Origin: Eledone cirrhosa
Taxonomy: Eukaryota
Direction of reading: 5' to 3'
NCBI GenBank assembly: GCA_964016885.1
Contig: OZ024740.1
Location: 23,002,001 to 23,066,000 of the forward strand
Length of the DNA stretch: 64,000 bases
Under the pieces are notes generated by a model, which searched no databases, was not told the origin of the DNA, and saw nothing but the letters and a program-made list of their open reading frames with translations. The stretch's first letter is position 1; each line of letters begins with the position of its first letter. Below are positions 45,501 to 60,300 of the stretch, piece by piece. Made by a program: the position numbers and the translations under genes.

Positions 45501-48500
45501 GGTATATAAACCAGTAGTAACTAGATCCAGTGATGGTATATGAACCAGTGGTAAGTAAATTCAGTGATGGTATATGAACCAGTAGTAAGTAGATTCATTG
45601 ATGGTATATAAACCAGTGGTAAATAGATTCAGTGATGGTATATAAACCAGTGGTAAGTAGATTAAATGATGGTATATAAACCAGTGGTAAGTAGATTCAG
45701 TGATGGTATATGAATCAGTGGTAAATAGATTCAGTGATGGTACATGAACCAGTGGTAAATAGATTCAGTGATGGTATGTGAACCAGTGGTAAGTAGATTC
45801 AGTGATGGTATGTGAAACAGTGGTAAGTAGATTCAGTGATGGTATAATAACAAGTGGCAAGTAGATTCTGTGATGGTATATAACCCATTGGTAAGTAGAT
45901 TCAGTGATGGTATATGAACCAGTAGTAAGTAGAATCAGTGATGGTATATAAACCAGTGGTAAGTAGATTCAGTGATGGTATATGAACCAGTAGCAAGTAG
46001 ATTCAGTGATGGTATATGAACCAGTAGTAAGTAGATTCAGTGATGATATATGAACCAGCAATAAGTAGATTCAGTGATGGTATATAAACCAGTGGTAAGT
46101 AGATTCAGTGATGGTATATAAACCAGTAGTAAGTAGATTCAGTGATGGTATATGAACAAGTGGTAAGTAGATTCAGTGATGGTATATAAACCAGTGGTAA
46201 GTAGATTCAGTGATGGTATATGTACAAGTAGTAAGTAGATTCAGTGATGGTATATAAACCAGTGGAAAGTAGATTCAGTAATGGTATATAAACCAGTGGT
46301 AAGCAGATTCAGTGATGGTATATGAACCAGTGGTAAGTAGATTCAGTGATGGTATATTAACCAGTGGTAAGTAGATTCAGTGATGGTATATGAACCAGTG
46401 GTAAGTAGATTCAGTGAAGGTATATAGACCACTAGTAAGTAGATTCGTTGATGGTATATAACCAGTGGTAAGTAGATTTAGTGATGGTATATAAACCAGT
46501 AGTAAGTAGATTCAGTGATGGTATATGAACCAGTGGTAAGTAAATTGAGTGATGGTATATAAACCAGTGGTAAGTAGATTCAGTGATGGTATATGAACCA
46601 GTGGTAAGTAGATTCAGTGATGGTATATGAACCAGTGGTAAATAGATTCAGTGATGGCATATGAACCAGTGGTATGTAGATTCAGTGATGGTATATAAAT
46701 CAGTGGTAAGTATATTCAGTGATGGTATATGAACCAGTGGTAAGTAGATTCAGTGATGGTATATGAACCAGTGGTAAGTAGATTCAGTGATGGTATATGA
46801 ACCAGTAGTAACTAGATTCAGTGATGGTATATGAACCAGTGGTAAGTATAGTCCATGATGGTATATGAACCAGTGGTAAATAGATTCAGTGATGGTATAT
46901 TAACCAGTAGTAAGTAGATTCAGTGATGGTATATGAACCAGTGGTAAATAGATTCAGTGATGGTATGTGAACCAGTAGTAAGTAGATTCAGTGATGGTAT
47001 ATGAACCAGTAGTAAGTAGATTCAGTGCTGATATATGAATCAGTGGTAAGTAGATTCAGTGATGGTATATAAACCAGTAGTAAGTAGATTCAGTAATGGT
47101 ATATAAACCAGTGGTAAGTAGATTCAGTGATGGTATATGAACCAGTGGTCAGTAGATTCAGTGATGGTATATAAACCAGTGGTAAGTAGATTCAGTGATG
47201 GTATATGAACCAGTTGTAATTAGATTCAGTGATGGTATATAAACCAGTGGTAAGTAGATTCACTGATGGTATATGAACCAGTGGTAAATAGATACAGTGA
47301 TGGTATATGAACCAGTGGTAAGTAGATTCAGTGATGGTATATGAACCAGTAGTAAGTAGATTCAGTGAAGGTATATAAACCAGTGGTAAGTAGATTCAGT
47401 GATGGTATATGAACCAGTGGTAAGTAGATACAGTGATGGTATATGAACCAGTGGTAAGTAGATTCAGTGATGGTATATGAACCAGTGGTAAATAGATTCA
47501 GTGATGTTATATTAACCAGTGCTAAGTAGATTCAGTGATGGTATATGAATTAGTGGTAAGTAGATTCATTGATGGTATACGAACCAGTGGTAAGTAAATT
47601 CAGTGATGGTATATGAACCAGTTGTTAGTAGATTCAGTGATGATATATAAACCACTGATAAGTAGATTTAGTTATCGTATATTAACCAGTACTAAGTAGA
47701 TCCAGCGATAGTATATGAACCAGTGGTAAATAGATTCAGTGATGGTATATTACCCAGTGATAAGTAGATTCATTGATGGTATATTAACCAGTGGTAAGTA
47801 GATTCAGTGAAGGTATATTAACCAGTGGTAAGTAGATTCAGTGATGGTATATAAACCAGTAGTAACTAGATCCAGTGATGGTATATGAACCAGTGGTAAG
47901 TAAATTCAGTGATGGTATATGAACCAGTAGTAAGTAGATTCAGTGATGGTATATGAACCAGTGGTAAGTAGATTCAGTGATGGTATATGAACCAGTAGTA
48001 ACTAGATTCAGTGATGGTATATGAACCAGTGGTAAGTATAGTCCATGATGGTATATGAACCAGTGGTAAATAGATTCAGTGATGGTATATTAACCAGTAG
48101 TAAGTAGATTCAGTGATGGTATATGAACCAGTGGTAAATAGATTCAGTGATGGTATGTGAACCAGTAGTAAGTAGATTCAGTGATGGTATATGAACCAGT
48201 AGTAAGTAGATTCAGTGCTGATATATGAATCAGTGGTAAGTAGATTCAGTGATGGTATATAAACCAGTAGTAAGTAGATTCAGTAATGGTATATAAACCA
48301 GTGGTAAGTAGATTCAGTGATGGTATATGAACCAGTGGTAAGTAGATTCAGTGATGGTATATAAACCACTGGTAAGTAGATTCAGTGATGCTATATGAAC
48401 CAGTTGTAATTAGATTCAGTGATTGTATATAAACCAGTGGTAAGTAGATTCAGTGATGGTATATGAACCAGTGGTAAATAGATACAGTGATGGTATATGA

Positions 48501-51500
48501 ACCAGTGGTAAGTAGATTCAGTGATGGTATATGAACCAGTAGTAAGTAGATTCAGTGAAGGTGTATAAACCAGTGGTAAGTAGATTCAGTGATGGTATAT
48601 GAACCAGTGGTAAGTAGATTCAGTGATGGTATATGAACCAGTCGTAAGTAGATTCAGTGATGGTATATGAACCAGTAGTAAGTAGATACAGTGATGGTAT
48701 ATGAACCAGTGGTAAGTAGATTCAGTGATGGTATATGAACCAGTGGTAAATAGATTCAGTGATGTTATATTAACCAGTGCTAAGTAGATTCAGTGATGGT
48801 ATATGAATTAGTGGTAAGTAGATTCATTGATGGTATATGAACCAGTGGTAAGTAAATTCAGTGATGGTATATGAACCAGTTGTCAGTAGATTCAGTGATG
48901 ATATATAAACCACTGATAAGTAGATTTAGTTATAGTATATTAACCAGTGCTAAGTAGATCCAGCGATAGTATATGAACCAGTGGTAAATAGATTCAGTGA
49001 TGGTATATTACCCAGTGATAAGTAGATTCATTGATGGTATATTAACCAGTGGTAAGTAGATTCAGTGAAGGTATATTAACCAGTGGTAAGTAGATTCAGT
49101 GATGGTATATAAACCAGTAGTAACTAGATCCAGTGATGGTATATGAACCAGTGGTAAGTAAATTCAGTGATGGTATATGAACCAGTAGTAAGTAGATTCA
49201 TTGATGGTATATAAACCAGTGGTAAATAGATTCAGTGATGGTATATAAACCAGTGGTAAGTAGATTAAATGATGGTATATAAACCAGTGGTAAGTAGATT
49301 CAGTGATGGTATATGAATCAGTGGTAAATAGATTCAGTGATGGTACATGAACCAGTGGTAAATAGATTCAGTGATAGTATGTGAACCAGTGGTAAGTAGA
49401 TTCAGTGATGGTATGTGAAACAGTGGTAAGTAGATACAGTGATGGTATAATAACAAGTGGCAAGTAGATTCTGTGATGGTATATAACCCATTGGTAAGTA
49501 GATTCAGTGATGGTATATGAACCAGTAGTAAGTAGAATCAGTGATGGTATATAAACCAGTGGTAAGTAGATTCAGTGATGGTATATGAACCAGTAGCAAG
49601 TAGATTCAGTGATGGTATATGAACCAGTAGTAAGTAGATTCAGTGATGATATATGAACCAGCAATAAGTAGATTCAGTGATGGTATATAAACCAGTGGTA
49701 AGTAGATTCAGTGATGGTATATAAACCAGTAGTAAGTAGATTCAGTGATGGTATATGAACAAGTGGTAAGTAGATTCAGTGATGGTATATAAACCAGTGG
49801 TAAGTAGATTCAGTGATGGTATATGTACAAGTAGTAAGTAGATTCAGTGATGGTATATAAACCAGTGGAAAGTAGATTCAGTAATGGTATATAAACCAGT
49901 GGTAAGCAGATTCAGTGATGGTATATGAACCAGTGGTAAGTAGATTCAGTGATGGTATATTAACCAGTGGTAAGTAGATTCAGTGATGGTATATGAACCA
50001 GTGGTAAGTAGATTCAGTGAAGGTATATAGACCACTAGTAAGTAGATTCGTTGATGGTATATAACCAGTGGTAAGTAGATTTAGTGATGGTATATAAACC
50101 AGTAGTAAGTAGATTCAGTGATGGTATATGAACCAGTGGTAAGTAAATTGAGTGATGGTATATAAACCAGTGGTAAGTAGATTCAGTGATGGTATATGAA
50201 CCAGTGGTAAGTAGATTCAGTGATGGTATATGAACCAGTGGTAAATAGATTCAGTGATGGCATATGAACCAGTGGTATGTAGATTCAGTGATGGTATATA
50301 AATCAGTGGTAAGTATATTCAGTGATGGTATATGAACCAGTGGTAAGTAGATTCAGTGATGGTATATGAACCAGTGGTAAGTAGATTCAGTGATGGTATA
50401 TGAACCAGTAGTAACTAGATTCAGTGATGGTATATGAACCAGTGGTAAGTATAGTCCATGATGGTATATGAACCAGTGGTAAATAGATTCAGTGATGGTA
50501 TATTAACCAGTAGTAAGTAGATTCAGTGATGGTATATGAACCAGTGGTAAATAGATTCAGTGATGGTATGTGAACCAGTAGTAAGTAGATTCAGTGATGG
50601 TATATGAACCAGTAGTAAGTAGATTCAGTGCTGATATATGAATCAGTGGTAAGTAGATTCAGTGATGGTATATAAACCAGTAGTAAGTAGATTCAGTAAT
50701 GGTATATAAACCAGTGGTAAGTAGATTCAGTGATGGTATATGAACCAGTGGTCAGTAGATTCAGTGATGGTATATAAACCAGTGGTAAGTAGATTCAGTG
50801 ATGGTATATGAACCAGTTGTAATTAGATTCAGTGATGGTATATAAACCAGTGGTAAGTAGATTCACTGATGGTATATGAACCAGTGGTAAATAGATACAG
50901 TGATGGTATATGAACCAGTGGTAAGTAGATTCAGTGATGGTATATGAACCAGTAGTAAGTAGATTCAGTGAAGGTATATAAACCAGTGGTAAGTAGATTC
51001 AGTGATGGTATATGAACCAGTGGTAAGTAGATACAGTGATGGTATATGAACCAGTGGTAAGTAGATTCAGTGATGGTATATGAACCAGTGGTAAATAGAT
51101 TCAGTGATGTTATATTAACCAGTGCTAAGTAGATTCAGTGATGGTATATGAATTAGTGGTAAGTAGATTCATTGATGGTATATGAACCAGTGGTAAGTAA
51201 ATTCAGTGATGGTATATGAACCAGTTGTTAGTAGATTCAGTGATGATATATAAACCACTGATAAGTAGATTTAGTTATCGTATATTAACCAGTACTAAGT
51301 AGATCCAGCGATAGTATATGAACCAGTGGTAAATAGATTCAGTGATGGTATATTACCCAGTGATAAGTAGATTCATTGATGGTATATTAACCAGTGGTAA
51401 GTAGATTCAGTGAAGGTATATTAACCAGTGGTAAGTAGATTCAGTGATGGTATATGAATCAGTGGTAAGTAGATTCAGTGATGGTACATGAACCAGTGGT

Positions 51501-54500
51501 AAATAGATTCAGTGATGGTATGTGAACCAGTGGTAAGTAGATTCAGTGATGGTATGTGAACCAGTGGTAAGTAGATTCAGTGATGGTATAATAACAAGTG
51601 GCACGTAGATTCAGTGATGGTATATAACCCATTGGTAAGTAGATTCAGTGATGATATATGAACCAGTGGTAAATAGATTCAGTGATGGTATACGAACCAG
51701 TAGTAAGTAGATTCAGTGATGGTATATGAACCAGTAGCAAGTAGATTCAGTGATGGTATATGAACCAGTAGTAAGTAGATTCAGTGATGGTATATGAACC
51801 AGCAATAAGTAGATTCAGTGATGGTATATAAACCAGTGGTAAGTAGATTCAGTGATGGTATATAAACCAGTAGTAAGTAGATTCAGTGATGGTATATGAA
51901 CCAGTGGTAAGTAGATTCAGTGATGGTATATAAACCAGTGGTAAGTAGACTCAGTGATGGTATATGAACCATTGGTAAACAGATTCAGTGATGGTATATG
52001 AACCAGTGTAAGTAGATTCAGTGATGGTATATGAACCAGTAGTAAGTAGATTCAGTGATGGTATATGAATCAGTGGTAAGTAGATTCAGTGATGGTATAT
52101 GAACCAGTAGTAAGTAGATTCAGTGATGGTATATGAACCAGTGGTAAGTAGATTCAGTGATGGTATATAAACCAGTGGTAAGTAGATTCAGTGATGGTAT
52201 ATGCACCAGTGCTAAATAGATTCAGTGATGATATATGAATCAGTGGTAAGTAGATTCAGTGATGGTCTATGAACCAGTAGTAAGTAGATTCAGTGATGGT
52301 ATATGAACCAGTCGTAACTAGATTCAGTGATGGTATATAAACCAGTGGTAAGTAGATTCAGTGATGGTATATGAACAAGTAGTAAGTAGATTCAGTGATG
52401 GTATATAAACCAGTGGTAAGTAGATTCAGTGATGGTATATGAATGAGTGGTAAATATATTCAGTTATGGTATATACACCAGTGGTAAGTAGATTCAGTGA
52501 TGGCATATGAACCAGTGGTAAGTAGATTCAGTGATGGTATATAAACCAGTGGTAAGTAGATTCTGTGATGGGATATGAACCAGTGGTAAATAGATTCAGT
52601 GATGGTATATAAACCAGTGGTAAGTAGATTCAGTGATGGTATATGAATCAGTGGTAAGTGGATTCAGTAATGGTATATGAACCAGTGGTAAGTTGATTCA
52701 GTGATGGTATATAAACCAGTGGAAAGTAGATTCAGTAATGGTATATAAACCAGTGGTAAGCAGATTCAGTGATGGTATATGAACCAGTGGTAAGTAGATT
52801 CAGTGATGGTATATGAACCAGTGGTAAGTAGATTCAGTGATGGTATATGAACCAGTGGTAAGTAGATTCAGTGAAGGTATATAGACCACTAGTAAGTAGA
52901 TTCGTTGATGGTATATAACCAGTGGTAAGTAGATTTAGTGATGGTATATAAACCAGTAGTAAGTAGATTCAGTGATGGTATATGAACCAGTGGTAAGTAA
53001 ATTGAGTGATGGTATATAAACCAGTGGTAAGTATATTCAGTGATGGTATATGAACCAGTGGTAAGTAGATTCAGTGATGGTATATGAACCAGTGGTAAAT
53101 AGATTCAGTGATGGCATATGAACCAGTGGTATGTAGATTCAGTGATGGTATATAAATCGGTGGTAAGTATATTCAGTGATGGTATATGAACCAGTGGTAA
53201 GTAGATTCAGTGATGGTATATGAACCAGTGGTAAGTAGATTCAGTGATGGTATATGAACCAGTAGTAACTAGATTCAGTGATGGTATATGAACCAGTGGT
53301 AAGTATAGTCCATGATGGTATATGAACCAGTGGTAAATAGATTCAGTGATGGTATATTAACCAGTAGTAAGTAGATTCAGTGATGGTATATGAACCAGTG
53401 GTAAATAGATTCAGTGATGGTATGTGAACCAGTAGTAAGTAGATTCAGTGATGGTATATGAACCAGTAGTAAGTAGATTCAGTGCTGATATAGGAATCAG
53501 TGGTAAGTAGATTCAGTGATGGTATATAAACCAGTAGTAAGTAGATTCAGTAATGGTATATAAACCAGTGGTAAGTAGATTCAGTGATGGTATATGAACC
53601 AGTGGTAAGTAGATTCAGTGATGGTATATAAACCACTGGTAAGTAGATTCAGTGATGCTATATGAACCAGTTGTAATTAGATTCAGTGATTGTATATAAA
53701 CCAGTGGTAAGTAGATTCAGTGATGGTATATGAACCAGTGGTAAATAGATACAGTGATGGTATATGAACCAGTGGTAAGTAGATTCAGTGATGGTATATG
53801 AACCAGTAGTAAGTAGATTCAGTGAAGGTGTATAAACCAGTGGTAAGTAGATTCAGTGATGGTATATGAACCAGTGGTAAGTAGATTCAGTGATGGTATA
53901 TGAACCAGTCGTAAGTAGATTCAGTGATGGTATATGAACCAGTAGTAAGTAGATACAGTGATGGTATATGAACCAGTGGTAAGTAGATTCAGTGATGGTA
54001 TATGAACCAGTGGTAAATAGATTCAGTGATGTTATATTAACCAGTGCTAAGTAGATTCAGTGATGGTATATGAATTAGTGGTAAGTAGATTCATTGATGG
54101 TATATGAACCAGTGGTAAGTAAATTCAGTGATGGTATATGAACCAGTTGTCAGTAGATTCAGTGATGATATATAAACCACTGATAAGTAGATTTAGTTAT
54201 AGTATATTAACCAGTGCTAAGTAGATCCAGCGATAGTATATGAACCAGTGGTAAATAGATTCAGTGATGGTATATTACCCAGTGATAAGTAGATTCATTG
54301 ATGGTATATTAACCAGTGGTAAGTAGATTCAGTGAAGGTATATTAACCAGTGGTAAGTAGATTCAGTGATGGTATATAAACCAGTAGTAACTAGATCCAG
54401 TGATGGTATATGAACCAGTGGTAAGTAAATTCAGTGATGGTATATGAACCAGTAGTAAGTAGATTCATTGATGGTATATAAACCAGTGGTAAATAGATTC

Positions 54501-57500
54501 AGTGATGGTATATAAACCAGTGGTAAGTAGATTAAATGATGGTATATAAACCAGTGGTAAGTAGATTCAGTGATGGTATATGAATCAGTGGTAAATAGAT
54601 TCAGTGATGGTACATGAACCAGTGGTAAATAGATTCAGTGATGGTATGTGAACCAGTGGTAAGTAGATTCAGTGATGGTATGTGAAACAGTGGTAAGTAG
54701 ATTCAGTGATGGTATAATAACAAGTGGCAAGTAGATTCTGTGATGGTATATAACCCATTGGTAAGTAGATTCAGTTATGGTATATGAACCAGTAGTAAGT
54801 AGAATCAGTGATGGTATATAAACCAGTGGTAAGTAGATTCAGTGATGGTATATGAACCAGTAGCAAGTAGATTCAGTGATGGTATATGAACCAGTAGTAA
54901 GTAGATTCAGTGATGATATATGAACCAGCAATAAGTAGATTCAGTGATGGTATATAAACCAGTGGTAAGTAGATTCAGTGATGGTATATAAACCAGTAGT
55001 AAGTAGATTCAGTGATGCTATATGAACAAGTGGTAAGTAGATTCAGTGATGGTATATAAACCAGTGGTAAGTAGATTCAGTGATGGTATATGTACAAGTA
55101 GTAAGTAGATTCAGTGATGGTATATAAACCAGTGGAAAGTAGATTCAGTAATGGTATATAAACCAGTGGTAAGCAGATTCAGTGATGGTATATGAACCAG
55201 TGGTAAGTAGATTCAGTGATGGTATATTAACCAGTGGTAAGTAGATTCAGTGATGGTATATGAACCAGTGGTAAGTAGATTCAGTGAAGGTATATAGACC
55301 ACTAGTAAGTAGATTCGTTGATGGTATATAACCAGTGGTAAGTAGATTTAGTGATGGTATATAAACCAGTAGTAAGTAGATTCAGTGATGGTATATGAAC
55401 CAGTGGTAAGTAAATTGAGTGATGGTATATAAACCAGTGGTAAGTAGATTCAGTGATGGTATATGAACCAGTGGTAAGTAGATTCAGTGATGGTATATGA
55501 ACCAGTGGTAAATAGATTCAGTGATGGCATATGAACCAGTGGTATGTAGATTCAGTGATGGTATATAAATCAGTGGTAAGTATATTCAGTGATGGTATAT
55601 GAACCAGTGGTAAGTAGATTCAGTGATGGTATATGAACCAGTGGTAAGTAGATTCAGTGATGGTATATGAACCAGTAGTAACTAGATTCAGTGATGGTAT
55701 ATGAACCAGTGGTAAGTATAGTCCATGATGGTATATGAACCAGTGGTAAATAGATTCAGTGATGGTATATTAACCAGTAGTAAGTAGATTCAGTGATGGT
55801 ATATGAACCAGTGGTAAATAGATTCAGTGATGGTATGTGAACCAGTAGTAAGTAGATTCAGTGATGGTATATGAACCAGTAGTAAGTAGATTCAGTGCTG
55901 ATATATGAATCAGTGGTAAGTAGATTCAGTGATGGTATATAAACCAGTAGTAAGTAGATTCAGTAATGGTATATAAACCAGTGGTAAGTAGATTCAGTGA
56001 TGGTATATGAACCAGTGGTCAGTAGATTCAGTGATGGTATATAAACCAGTGGTAAGTAGATTCAGTGATGGTATATGAACCAGTTGTAATTAGATTCAGT
56101 GATGGTATATAAACCAGTGGTAAGTAGATTCACTGATGGTATATGAACCAGTGGTAAATAGATACAGTGATGGTATATGAACCAGTGGTAAGTAGATTCA
56201 GTGATGGTATATGAACCAGTAGTAAGTAGATTCAGTGAAGGTATATAAACCAGTGGTAAGTAGATTCAGTGATGGTATATGAACCAGTGGTAAGTAGATA
56301 CAGTGATGGTATATGAACCAGTGGTAAGTAGATTCAGTGATGGTATATGAACCAGTGGTAAATAGATTCAGTGATGTTATATTAACCAGTGCTAAGTAGA
56401 TTCAGTGATGGTATATGAATTAGTGGTAAGTAGATTCATTGATGGTATATGAACCAGTGGTAAGTAAATTCAGTGATGGTATATGAACCAGTTGTTAGTA
56501 GATTCAGTGATGATATATAAACCACTGATAAGTAGATTTAGTTATCGTATATTAACCAGTACTAAGTAGATCCAGCGATAGTATATGAACCAGTGGTAAA
56601 TAGATTCAGTGATGGTATATTACCCAGTGATAAGTAGATTCATTGATGGTATATTAACCAGTGGTAAGTAGATTCAGTGAAGGTATATTAACCAGTGGTA
56701 AGTAGATTCAGTGATGGTATATAAACCAGTAGTAACTAGATCCAGTGATGGTATATGAACCAGTGGTAAGTAAATTCAGTGATGGTATATGAACCAGTAG
56801 TAAGTAGATTCAGTGATGGTATATGAACCAGTGGTAAGTAGATTCAGTGATGGTATATGAACCAGTAGTAACTAGATTCAGTGATGGTATATGAACCAGT
56901 GGTAAGTATAGTCCATGATGGTATATGAACCAGTGGTAAATAGATTCAGTGATGGTATATTAACCAGTAGTAAGTAGATTCAGTGATGGTATATGAACCA
57001 GTGGTAAATAGATTCAGTGATGGTATGTGAACCAGTAGTAAGTAGATTCAGTGATGGTATATGAACCAGTAGTAAGTAGATTCAGTGCTGATATATGAAT
57101 CAGTGGTAAGTAGATTCAGTGATGGTATATAAACCAGTAGTAAGTAGATTCAGTAATGGTATATAAACCAGTGGTAAGTAGATTCAGTGATGGTATATGA
57201 ACCAGTGGTAAGTAGATTCAGTGATGGTATATAAACCACTGGTAAGTAGATTCAGTGATGCTATATGAACCAGTTGTAATTAGATTCAGTGATTGTATAT
57301 AAACCAGTGGTAAGTAGATTCAGTGATGGTATATGAACCAGTGGTAAATAGATACAGTGATGGTATATGAACCAGTGGTAAGTAGATTCAGTGATGGTAT
57401 ATGAACCAGTAGTAAGTAGATTCAGTGAAGGTGTATAAACCAGTGGTAAGTAGATTCAGTGATGGTATATGAACCAGTGGTAAGTAGATTCAGTGATGGT

Positions 57501-60300
57501 ATATGAACCAGTCGTAAGTAGATTCAGTGATGGTATATGAACCAGTAGTAAGTAGATACAGTGATGGTATATGAACCAGTGGTAAGTAGATTCAGTGATG
57601 GTATATGAACCAGTGGTAAATAGATTCAGTGATGTTATATTAACCAGTGCTAAGTAGATTCAGTGATGGTATATGAATTAGTGGTAAGTAGATTCATTGA
57701 TGGTATATGAACCAGTGGTAAGTAAATTCAGTGATGGTATATGAACCAGTTGTCAGTAGATTCAGTGATGATATATAAACCACTGATAAGTAGATTTAGT
57801 TATAGTATATTAACCAGTGCTAAGTAGATCCAGCGATAGTATATGAACCAGTGGTAAATAGATTCAGTGATGGTATATTACCCAGTGATAAGTAGATTCA
57901 TTGATGGTATATTAACCAGTGGTAAGTAGATTCAGTGAAGGTATATTAACCAGTGGTAAGTAGATTCAGTGATGGTATATAAACCAGTAGTAACTAGATC
58001 CAGTGATGGTATATGAACCAGTGGTAAGTAAATTCAGTGATGGTATATGAACCAGTAGTAAGTAGATTCATTGATGGTATATAAACCAGTGGTAAATAGA
58101 TTCAGTGATGGTATATAAACCAGTGGTAAGTAGATTAAATGATGGTATATAAACCAGTGGTAAGTAGATTCAGTGATGGTATATGAATCAGTGGTAAATA
58201 GATTCAGTGATGGTACATGAACCAGTGGTAAATAGATTCAGTGATGGTATGTGAACCAGTGGTAAGTAGATTCAGTGATGGTATGTGAAACAGTGGTAAG
58301 TAGATTCAGTGATGGTATAATAACAAGTGGCAAGTAGATTCTGTGATGGTATATAACCCATTGGTAAGTAGATTCAGTGATGGTATATGAACCAGTAGTA
58401 AGTAGAATCAGTGATGGTATATAAACCAGTGGTAAGTAGATTCAGTGATGGTATATGAACCAGTAGCAGAGTAGATTCAGTGATGGTATATGAACCAGTA
58501 GTAAGTAGATTCAGTGATGATATATGAACCAGCAATAAGTAGATTCAGTGATGGTATATAAACCAGTGGTAAGTAGATTCAGTGATGGTATATAAACCAG
58601 TAGTAAGTAGATTCAGTGATGGTATATGAACAAGTGGTAAGTAGATTCAGTGATGGTATATAAACCAGTGGTAAGTAGATTCAGTGATGGTATATGTACA
58701 AGTAGTAAGTAGATTCAGTGATGGTATATAAACCAGTGGAAAGTAGATTCAGTAATGGTATATAAACCAGTGGTAAGCAGATTCAGTGATGGTATATGAA
58801 CCAGTGGTAAGTAGATTAAGTGATGGTATATTAACCAGTGGTAAGTAGATTCAGTGATGGTATATGAACCAGTGGTAAGTAGATTCAGTGAAGGTATATA
58901 GACCACTAGTAAGTAGATTCGTTGATGGTATATAACCAGTGGTAAGTAGATTTAGTGATGGTATATAAACCAGTAGTAAGTAGATTCAGTGATGGTATAT
59001 GAACCAGTGGTAAGTAAATTGAGTGATGGTATATAAACCAGTGGTAAGTAGATTCAGTGATGGTATATGAACCAGTGGTAAATAGATTCAGTGATGGCAT
59101 ATGAACCAGTGGTATGTAGATTCAGTGATGGTATATAAATCAGTGGTAAGTATATTCAGTGATGGTATATGAACCAGTGGTAAGTAGATTCAGTGATGGT
59201 ATATGAACCAGTGGTAAGTAGATTCAGTGATGGTATATGAACCAGTAGTAACTAGATTCAGTGATGGTATATGAACCAGTGGTAAGTATAGTCCATGATG
59301 GTATATGAACCAGTGGTAAATAGATTCAGTGATGGTATATTAACCAGTAGTAAGTAGATTCAGTGATGGTATATGAACCAGTGGTAAATAGATTCAGTGA
59401 TGGTATGTGAACCAGTAGTAAGTAGATTCAGTGATGGTATATGAACCAGTAGTAAGTAGATTCAGTGCTGATATATGAATCAGTGGTAAGTAGATTCAGT
59501 GATGGTATATAAACCAGTAGTAAGTAGATTCAGTAATGGTATATAAACCAGTGGTAAGTAGATTCAGTGATGGTATATGAACCAGTGGTCAGTAGATTCA
59601 GTGATGGTATATAAACCAGTGGTAAGTAGATTCAGTGATGGTATATGAACCAGTTGTAATTAGATTCAGTGATGGTATATAAACCAGTGGTAAGTAGATT
59701 CACTGATGGTATATGAACCAGTGGTAAATAGATACAGTGATGGTATATGAACCAGTGGTAAGTAGATTCAGTGATGGTATATGAACCAGTAGTAAGTAGA
59801 TTCAGTGAAGGTATATAAACCAGTGGTAAGTAGATTCAGTGATGGTATATGAACCAGTGGTAAGTAGATACAGTGATGGTATATGAACCAGTGGTAAGTA
59901 GATTCAGTGATGGTATATGAACCAGTGGTAAATAGATTCAGTGATGTTATATTAACCAGTGCTAAGTAGATTCAGTGATGGTATATGAATTAGTGGTAAG
60001 TAGATTCATTGATGGTATATGAACCAGTGGTAAGTAAATTCAGTGATGGTATATGAACCAGTTGTTAGTAGATTCAGTGATGATATATAAACCACTGATA
60101 AGTAGATTTAGTTATCGTATATTAACCAGTACTAAGTAGATCCAGCGATAGTATATGAACCAGTGGTAAATAGATTCAGTGATGGTATATTACCCAGTGA
60201 TAAGTAGATTCATTGATGGTATATTAACCAGTGGTAAGTAGATTCAGTGAAGGTATATTAACCAGTGGTAAGTAGATTCAGTGATGGTATATAAACCAGT
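42580..60300 (+). repeat. Tandem higher-order duplication, two copies of 8,870 bp, each with an internal 3,603-bp duplication
   Basis: GCACGT 42731/51601; GTCCATG at 44438, 46851, 48041, 50454, 53308, 55721, 56911, 59291 (spacings 2413, 1190, 2413, 2854, 2413, 1190, 2380). Boundaries approximate. Confidence 0.9.

Noticed and set aside
58461-58475. Single 35-bp monomer (AGCAGAGTAG)
   Set aside because: One-base insertion absent from paralogous copies; may be a sequencing error.
3053-59100. Minus-strand ORFs of the YHWFIYHH/TTGSYTITES type
   Set aside because: Translations of the 34-bp repeat, which shifts frame each monomer. They stay open only where a variant removes the recurring TGA, and identical ORFs simply mark duplications.
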